A DNA stretch of 64,000 bases from Tissierellia bacterium (GTDB taxonomy: Bacteria; Bacillota; Clostridia; Tissierellales; Peptoniphilaceae), in NCBI GenBank assembly GCA_012728755.1, contig JAAYEL010000020.1:723-64722 (forward strand). Reading direction: 5' to 3'. Within the stretch, counting starts at the first letter, position 1; the number at the start of each line of letters is the position of its first letter. Made by a program: the position numbers and the translations under genes. This document shows, piece after piece, positions 57,694 to 64,000 of this stretch. The notes below the pieces were generated by a model. The model was not told the DNA's origin. It was given only the letters and a program-made list of their open reading frames with translations, and did no database searches.

Positions 57694-58776
57694 ATGACTA
57701 GAGAAAAAATAACGGGATATTTTATGGTAGCTATCACAGTACTTGCTGTCATATCACTTGGATATATTGGCTATACATTTGGTGAAGATTTGGATAGACA
57801 GGGAATTGATCTCCCGTTATATATGGTAATTATTTATGTATATGCGATGCTATTTGGTATATTGATGATTAGTATCATATTGCATGAAGGTGGACATTTG
57901 ATAATGGGGCTTTTAACAGGCTATAAATTAATGTATTTTAGAGTAGGTTCGACTTGTCTTGTAAGATACTATGATGGCTATAAAATTAGAAAACAATATA
58001 TGCCAGGAGCCGCTGGACAATGTGTGCTTTATCCTCCTGAAAAGAAGGATGGAAAATTTCCATATCTTTTATATAATCTTGGTGGACTAATCATGAATAC
58101 GATACTGGCTCTTATAGCAGTGATTCTATTATTGAATTTTGAAAATGCATTTGTATTGGCAATAGCTAGACTGTTGCTTGTCATAAACGTATACATCTTA
58201 ATTACTAATGGTATCCCTATGGATACTAATGATGCAGGAAATATCGTAACTTTCTCAAAAAGCAAACAATCGAGGGATAATTTCTGGACTATGTTAAGGA
58301 TAGAGTACTTAAAAATGAATGATGATCCTAAATTTGAAAATCTTGAGATTCCTGAATCTATAAAGAATGATTTAACATCTCAATATTACGATATGGTAGA
58401 GATTCAAAGATTGATTAATCACGATAAAAAGCAAGAAGCTTTAGAAAGAATCGAGAGATATCTTAGTGAGAATGCAAAAGTGCCAGCTCCCTATAAGATA
58501 GAAGCAATTGCTAATAAGGCATACCTAAAGACCTATATGAATAGAACAGATGAAGAAATGGGGATTTTTAAGGATAAGGAACTTAAAAATTATTTTAAGG
58601 GACTAAGAAAAGATCTGCAAATGATAAGAATTCGCATTATGTATCATTCACTAGTAGATAAAGATGATAAAAAACTACAAAAAGAGATAAAATTATTCGA
58701 AAAAGAAGCTAGTAGATATTACGATAAATATCAAATAAGATCTGAGAGAAATTTAGTTAGTGAATTTGTGAGATGA
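57694..58776 (+). CDS. M50/site-2-protease-like membrane metalloprotease with a C-terminal helical domain
   Basis: 360 aa. HEGGH in a TM helix and a second motif NGIPMDTNDAGN in a later helix. The soluble C-terminal region is helical and repeat-like. Confidence 0.55.
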   Translation: MTREKITGYFMVAITVLAVISLGYIGYTFGEDLDRQGIDLPLYMVIIYVYAMLFGILMISIILHEGGHLIMGLLTGYKLMYFRVGSTCLVRYYDGYKIRKQYMPGAAGQCVLYPPEKKDGKFPYLLYNLGGLIMNTILALIAVILLLNFENAFVLAIARLLLVINVYILITNGIPMDTNDAGNIVTFSKSKQSRDNFWTMLRIEYLKMNDDPKFENLEIPESIKNDLTSQYYDMVEIQRLINHDKKQEALERIERYLSENAKVPAPYKIEAIANKAYLKTYMNRTDEEMGIFKDKELKNYFKGLRKDLQMIRIRIMYHSLVDKDDKKLQKEIKLFEKEASRYYDKYQIRSERNLVSEFVR

Positions 58777-58788
58777 TAAGAGGGATAT

Positions 58789-59841
58789 ATGACTGATAAT
58801 TTAAATGAATTCAACAAAGGTGAGTTAATAATAGAAAATAAAAGAGATAAGAGATTGGATAATGCTCTATTGACTACTTATGAAGGTGATACATTGCTTT
58901 CATGTGTTTATATAGAACATAATTCATTACCAGAACTATCGATAGATGATGTTGATACGACAACTACATTTTTTGGTAAACAAGTACCATTTCCATTAAT
59001 GATTAATGCTATGACAGGTGGCACCGAACAAGGCGTAGAGATTAACGAGGCTTTATATAACATCTCTAAAGAACTAGGAATACCTATGGAAGTAGGAGCA
59101 CAAGATGTTCTTATGGAAGATATGGATACGGCTGAGCTTTTCTTAGGAGAGATAGTTGAAGAGGTAAATAGACCAACAGTACTTCTTTCAAACCTTCATG
59201 CTAACTCATCTGTAGCAGATATAAAGGTAGCTATGGACACCATAAATGCAGATGGGATAGCACTACATTTAAATCCAGGTCAAGAGATATTTACAAAAGA
59301 CGGGATATCTAATTTTGTTGGCAGATATGAAAGTATTGAAAAAGCCGCTAAAGAATATGGTGATAAGCTTATAGTTAAAGAAGTTGGATTTGGTATGTCT
59401 GAAGAGGTCATTAAGAAGCTAGTTGATGTTGGAGTTAAAAACATTGATGTATCAGGAAGTGGTGGCACTAATTTTGTAGAAATTGAAAATCTAAGAAACT
59501 TTGATTATGATTTTTCTGAATTATATGAATGGGGAGTACCTACAGCCAAATCAATAATTAATGCTAGAAACATCTCAAAAGATATTACGATTATAGCAAG
59601 TGGTGGTATTAAAACATCTTTAGATATTGCTAGGGCACTTATACTTGGAGCTGATATGGTCGGTATCAGTGGTGAGGTACTTAAGTACTTAATCCATGGT
59701 GGATATGATTATGCTAAAGATTACTTGCAAGAGCTTATGTATAAGACTAAAATAGTTATGCTATTGCTTGGATGTAAAAATATTGAACAATTGAAAAAAA
59801 CTCCATATAAGCTTACTGGAAAGTTAAAGGAAATAATATAA
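58789..59841 (+). CDS. fni: type 2 isopentenyl-diphosphate delta-isomerase (FMN-dependent)
   Basis: 350 aa. Motifs INAMTGG, VKEVGFG, SGSGGTNF and ASGGI. Confidence 0.9.
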   Translation: MTDNLNEFNKGELIIENKRDKRLDNALLTTYEGDTLLSCVYIEHNSLPELSIDDVDTTTTFFGKQVPFPLMINAMTGGTEQGVEINEALYNISKELGIPMEVGAQDVLMEDMDTAELFLGEIVEEVNRPTVLLSNLHANSSVADIKVAMDTINADGIALHLNPGQEIFTKDGISNFVGRYESIEKAAKEYGDKLIVKEVGFGMSEEVIKKLVDVGVKNIDVSGSGGTNFVEIENLRNFDYDFSELYEWGVPTAKSIINARNISKDITIIASGGIKTSLDIARALILGADMVGISGEVLKYLIHGGYDYAKDYLQELMYKTKIVMLLLGCKNIEQLKKTPYKLTGKLKEII

Positions 59842-60104
59842 TGCAAGAATTCAATAAAAATCAATTAAGGATGACAATTGTATCATCTGTAGCACTAGTG
59901 CTAACTGTGGTAGTGATATTACTAGAAGATGTGATGAAAAAAGAAAGATTTTTCTCATTTATCATGCTAGGCTTATCATTTATCCTATTAGGTGTGACAC
60001 AGATAATCACATATAAGAATACAAAAAAAATTAAAAGTATCATTTTAGCTATACTATATTTGATAATTGGGATAGTGAATTTGGTATTAATTTTTACTAA
60101 ATAA
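59841..60104 (+). CDS. small membrane protein (three predicted TM helices)
   Basis: 87 aa and hydrophobic. The ATG overlaps the fni stop. Confidence 0.45.
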   Translation: MQEFNKNQLRMTIVSSVALVLTVVVILLEDVMKKERFFSFIMLGLSFILLGVTQIITYKNTKKIKSIILAILYLIIGIVNLVLIFTK

Positions 60105-60128
60105 TTTAAGAAACAAATGAGGAGAAAG

Positions 60129-61277
60129 ATGGAAATTAATAGATTTGAAAACAGGGTTTGGTTGTCTTCACCAACGATTTATGGAGAAGAACAAAAATTT
60201 GTACAAGAAGCATTCGACACTAATTGGATAGCTCCTTTAGGACCTAATGTTGACGCTTTTGAAAAAGAGATTGCTGAATATATGGGAATAGGACATGGCG
60301 CTGCTACTTCAGCAGGAACTGCTGCGCTTCATTTAGCATATAAACTAGCTGGTGTTCAACAAGGGGATATAGTGCTTTGTAGCGACTTAACTTTTTCAGC
60401 TACAGTTAACCCTATTTCATATGAAAAAGCGATTCAAGTATTTGTAGATTCAGAAAGAGATACTTGGAACATGGACCCTAGAGCTCTTGAGATAGCGCTT
60501 GAAAAATATAAAGGAAGAGTTAAGGCTGTTGCTTTAGTTCATCTATATGGTTCTCCAGCAAAAATTGATGAGATAATGGAATTATGTCAAAGATACGATG
60601 TACCACTTATAGAAGATGCAGCTGAAAGTCTTTCAGCAACATATAAAGGTAAACAAACTGGAACATTCGGAAAATATAATATCATTTCATTTAATGGAAA
60701 TAAGATAATCACTACTTCTGGTGGTGGTATGCTTTTATCTGAAGATGAAGAAGCTATAAAAAAAGCAAGAAAATGGTCAACTCAAGCAAGAGATAATGCA
60801 CCTTGGTATCAACATTCAGAACTTGGATATAACTACCGCATGAGCAACGTATTAGCTGGCATAGGTAGAGGACAATTACTACATCTTGAAGAGCATAAAG
60901 CTAAGAAGCAAGCTATTTACAGAATGTATGAAGAAGGGTTTAAAGGTCTTCCTGTATCAATGAATCCATATCTTGAGTATACAGATCCAAACTTCTGGTT
61001 AAGCTGTCTATTGATTGATGAAGATGTAGTAGCATCAGGAAAAGTAACTCCAGAAAAAGTTAGACTTTATTTAGAAGAATATAATGTTGAGACAAGACCT
61101 GTTTGGAAACCAATGCATATGCAACCAATATTTGAAGGTTTAGATTTTATATCATATGAAGAAAGCAGTGTTGGAAAGGACCTTTTTGAAAGAGGTTTAT
61201 GTTTACCAAGCGATGTTAAGATGAGTGAAGAAACTCAAAAACAAGTTATTGAATTAATAAAAGAGTTATTTAAATAA
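60129..61277 (+). CDS. DegT/DnrJ/EryC1/StrS-family PLP-dependent sugar aminotransferase
   Basis: Start at ATG 60129 after GAGGAG. PLP-lysine context SFNGNKIITTSGGG. Length about 382 aa. Confidence 0.85.
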   Translation: MEINRFENRVWLSSPTIYGEEQKFVQEAFDTNWIAPLGPNVDAFEKEIAEYMGIGHGAATSAGTAALHLAYKLAGVQQGDIVLCSDLTFSATVNPISYEKAIQVFVDSERDTWNMDPRALEIALEKYKGRVKAVALVHLYGSPAKIDEIMELCQRYDVPLIEDAAESLSATYKGKQTGTFGKYNIISFNGNKIITTSGGGMLLSEDEEAIKKARKWSTQARDNAPWYQHSELGYNYRMSNVLAGIGRGQLLHLEEHKAKKQAIYRMYEEGFKGLPVSMNPYLEYTDPNFWLSCLLIDEDVVASGKVTPEKVRLYLEEYNVETRPVWKPMHMQPIFEGLDFISYEESSVGKDLFERGLCLPSDVKMSEETQKQVIELIKELFK

Positions 61278-61300
61278 GACTAGTATTAAGAGGATTAGCT

Positions 61301-61954
61301 ATGAGAAAAAAAGGATTGTATGAAAGATTTTTTAAGAGATTTTTAGATATATTGCTATCGCTAATAGCTTTAGTATTGTTTTAGTGGCTAATTCTAATTA
61401 TTGCGATTTTAGTAAGGTTTAAGTTAGGTTCACCAATACTATTTAAGCAACCACGACCTGGAAAAGATGAGAAGTCTTTTAATCTATATAAGTTTAGAAC
61501 TATGACTGACGAAGTTGATAGTGAAGGAAAGTTGCTACCAGATGATGTTAGATTGACAAAATTTGGAAGATTTTTAAGATCTACAAGTATGGATGAGTTA
61601 CCAGAGTTGTTCAATATAATCATGGGCGATATGAGTATAGTTGGACCAAGGCCGCTATTTGTAGCATATCTACCTTACTACACAAAAAGAGAAAGAATAA
61701 GACATGATGTAAGACCAGGATTAACAGGCTGGGCTCAAGTAAATGGGCGTAATGCCACTAACTGGGATGAAAGATTAGAACAAGATATTTACTATGTTGA
61801 AAATATAAGTTTAGGTCTTGATATCAAGATTGTCTTTATGACCGCTTTTAAGGTATTAAAAAGATCTGATATATTAGTTGGGAAACAGATAAAAGCTGGT
61901 AGGTTAGATGTCGTTAGAAAAGATAGGATGCTAGATGATGGAAGTAAAGATTAG
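61301..61954 (+). pseudogene. PglC/WbaP-C-like small phosphoglycosyl transferase interrupted by an in-frame TAG at 61382-61384
   Basis: ATG 61301 gives MRKKGLYERFFKRFLDILLSLIALVLF*. The same frame continues [40 protein letters not shown] into the 61502..61954 ORF, which has [20 protein letters not shown]. Confidence 0.7.
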
Positions 61955-62423
61955 AAAGTTTTCAATTGAAGATATAGAGTCAAAAGTTAGATGGATCAAC
62001 GATTCAAAGAATAACCAATATCTTCACTATGATTTACCTCTTGAAGTAGATAAGACAAGAGATTGGTTTCTAAACAATAAAGATAGAACTGATAGATATG
62101 ATGCTACTATAATTTTTGATGGTATTCCAGTTGGTTTAATCGGATTGTTAAGCATAAAAGATAATAGAGCGGAATATTATGTGACATTAGGTGAAGATAT
62201 CGCAAAGGGCAAGGGAGTTGCTAAAGAAGCTTCAAGACTTCTTTTAGACTTTGCATCAAAAGAACTAAACTTAAGAGAAGTATATTTATATACAGAGGTT
62301 GACAATATCAGGGCTCAAAAATCCTTTGAGTCTATTGGATTTGTCCAAAAAGAAAGAATTAAAGATTCAGCAGTTAATAAAGGTGTTTTGGTAGATAGAT
62401 ATTATTACTCTATCGATTTATAA
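61935..62423 (+). CDS. GNAT-family N-acetyltransferase
   Basis: 162 aa. Acetyl-CoA-binding-type segment [16 protein letters not shown]...[10 protein letters not shown]. Confidence 0.75.
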   Translation: MMEVKIRKFSIEDIESKVRWINDSKNNQYLHYDLPLEVDKTRDWFLNNKDRTDRYDATIIFDGIPVGLIGLLSIKDNRAEYYVTLGEDIAKGKGVAKEASRLLLDFASKELNLREVYLYTEVDNIRAQKSFESIGFVQKERIKDSAVNKGVLVDRYYYSIDL

Positions 62424-62432
62424 GAGGTAAGC

Positions 62433-63377
62433 ATGCAAAAAAGTCCAATTTTCAAACTAAATCAAAATGAAAATTCATTGTATATTAAAAGGGAAGACTT
62501 GCTACCTTTTTCATTTGGTGGAAATAAGGCTAGAAAAGGCCAGAAGTTTTTTGACGATATTGATAAGGGTGCATTTGATGTAGTAGTAACTTATGGTAGT
62601 GCTAGTTCAAATCATGGAAGAATTATCGCAAATATGGCAAAAAAAAGAGATTTGCCTTGTATTATAATCTCTCCCAAAGAGGCTTCAAAAGAGACTTTTA
62701 ATAGTGAAATGATGAGATTTCTAGGTGCTAAGATTATAGTAGTGCCGGTGGATGAAGTATCAAAAACTATTGACGATTTGATTTTAGAACTCAAAGAAGA
62801 AGGCAAAAATCCATACTTTATCCAAGGTGGAGGCCATGGAAATTTAGGTACACAAGCCTATGTTGAATGCTATGAAGAGATTAAAGAATTTGAGAAGCAG
62901 AAAGACATATTTTTTGACTATATATTTTTAGCTTCTGGGACAGGGGCGACTCAAGCGGGTTTAGTTTGTGGACAGACAATAAATAATGACAAGAGAGATA
63001 TCGTTGGTATTAGCATAGCAAGACCAAATCCAAGAGGAAAAGAAGTAGTATTGGATAGTATAAGAGAGTATCTAGATAGTTTGGATATTGAATATAACGA
63101 GAAGTCATTACTAGAAAATACACATTTTACAGATGAATATATCTGTGGGGGTTATGGTAAGTTTGATTTAGATGTTGAACGAGTGATTGAAAATTCGTTT
63201 AAAAATTATGGATTACCTTTGGATTCAACATATACTGGAAAGGCATTTTCTGGAATGCTTAAGTTTATTGAAAAAGAGAAAATAGTAGGAAAAAACATCC
63301 TATTTATACATACTGGTGGCACACCTTTGTATTTTGATTATTTGAGAGAGAGTAAGGGAGACGTTGAAAATGATTAA
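62433..63377 (+). CDS. PLP-dependent enzyme of the ACC deaminase / D-cysteine desulfhydrase family (fold type II)
   Basis: 314 aa. PLP-lysine context FSFGGNKARK and a glycine loop ASGTGATQAGL. Confidence 0.7.
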   Translation: MQKSPIFKLNQNENSLYIKREDLLPFSFGGNKARKGQKFFDDIDKGAFDVVVTYGSASSNHGRIIANMAKKRDLPCIIISPKEASKETFNSEMMRFLGAKIIVVPVDEVSKTIDDLILELKEEGKNPYFIQGGGHGNLGTQAYVECYEEIKEFEKQKDIFFDYIFLASGTGATQAGLVCGQTINNDKRDIVGISIARPNPRGKEVVLDSIREYLDSLDIEYNEKSLLENTHFTDEYICGGYGKFDLDVERVIENSFKNYGLPLDSTYTGKAFSGMLKFIEKEKIVGKNILFIHTGGTPLYFDYLRESKGDVEND

Positions 63378-64000
63378 TATTTTAGTGCTTAGTTCTGGGA
63401 CAAGAAATAAAATAGTTCAATACTTTAAGCGCGCTTTGACTGATGAAAATGGGCAAAGGCTTGGTAAGGTCATAGCTACAGACTTGAGTGAATGGGCACC
63501 GTCTATTTACGATGCAGATAAGTATTATTTGGTTCCAAGAGTGACTGATGAAAACTATATTGATTGCATTCTAGATATTTGTAAAAAAGAAGAGATAACA
63601 GGTGTATTGAGCCTTATTGATACTGAATTAAGTATATTGGCAAAAAACCAAGAAAGATTTAAAGAGCTTGGCACGACTGTGATAGGATCAAGCTATGAGC
63701 TAAATCTTATGGCGTTGGATAAGATGGAAATGTTTGATTGGTTAGTTGAACATGGATATAAAACTGCAAAGAGCTATATGGACAAAGAAGCATTTTACAA
63801 GGATTTGGAAGAGGGTAGAGTTAGTTTTCCAGTTTTTGTTAAACCAGTACGTGGTTCAGCTTCACTGTCTATAAGCAAGGTCTATGACAAAGATGTGTTA
63901 GAAATATTGTGTGCGAAGGATGAAAACTTGATGATTCAAGAATTTATGAATGGTCAAGAAATCGGAGCTGATGTATATATAGACATGATTTCAGAAGAGA
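63370..64000 (+). CDS. ATP-grasp-domain protein, 5' part (gene runs off the window end)
   Basis: ATG 63370 after GGGAG, overlapping the upstream stop. MINILVLSSGTRNKIVQYFK... then ...FPVFVKPVRGSASLSISKV...LMIQEFMNGQEIGADVY, typical of PylC/CarB-like ATP-grasp ligases. Open-ended. Confidence 0.65.
   Translation, partial: MINILVLSSGTRNKIVQYFKRALTDENGQRLGKVIATDLSEWAPSIYDADKYYLVPRVTDENYIDCILDICKKEEITGVLSLIDTELSILAKNQERFKELGTTVIGSSYELNLMALDKMEMFDWLVEHGYKTAKSYMDKEAFYKDLEEGRVSFPVFVKPVRGSASLSISKVYDKDVLEILCAKDENLMIQEFMNGQEIGADVYIDMISEE

Noticed and set aside
57564-61384. Stop-codon reassignment or programmed readthrough as an explanation for the in-frame TAA in thyA and TAG in the sugar transferase
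   Set aside because: TAA and TAG both end many conserved genes in this window at the expected positions (secA, hemolysin-family gene and rpmE end with TAA; rplI, htrA and dnaB with TAG). Two different stop codons are involved, and there is no shared downstream context. Simple point mutations or base-call errors are more parsimonious.

Overview
AT-rich (about one-third G+C by eye) chromosomal segment from a low-GC Firmicute. Gene order and codon usage look Clostridia/Tissierellia-like, but the taxon is inference. Most of the window is housekeeping:
- secA, prfB (with the classical +1 frameshift), tex, proS and hpf
- the origin-proximal block yybS-gdpP-rplI-dnaB, followed by DnaD-type and DnaI-type loader genes
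- serS, murG, murF-ddl, glpX, an M29 aminopeptidase, rpmE-DUF1385-prmC-prfA, folA, thyA and fni
- an Opp/Dpp-type ABC importer, a MacB/FtsX-type ABC pair, and the start of a glycan-modification cluster at the 3' end

I saw no tRNA, rRNA, CRISPR array, transposase, integrase or recognisable defence operon.

What is not ordinary:
1. Four intergenic loci (4.9-5.3 kb, 13.2-14.5 kb, 35.1-35.35 kb, 54.7-55.2 kb) carry a modular family of palindromic repeats. Three loci contain tandem arrays of 37-38-nt hairpins on a strict 54-55 bp period. Three unrelated stem sequences occupy the same geometry. Modules of this family also supply the last codons of folA and of an FAD/NAD-binding gene.
2. Every component of the Opp-type importer carries an extra domain, most notably a seven-blade RCC1-like propeller inside the OppC-type permease.
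3. Three conserved genes are broken: thyA by an in-frame TAA, a PglC-like phosphoglycosyl transferase by an in-frame TAG, and nnrE by a 1-nt frameshift.
4. Three perfect DnaA boxes are packed into a terminator hairpin upstream of hpf.
5. An unclassified, highly structured leader of about 330 nt, with its own promoter and terminator, precedes an ArAE/FUSC exporter gene.

All domain calls are from motif recognition by eye; no searches were run.
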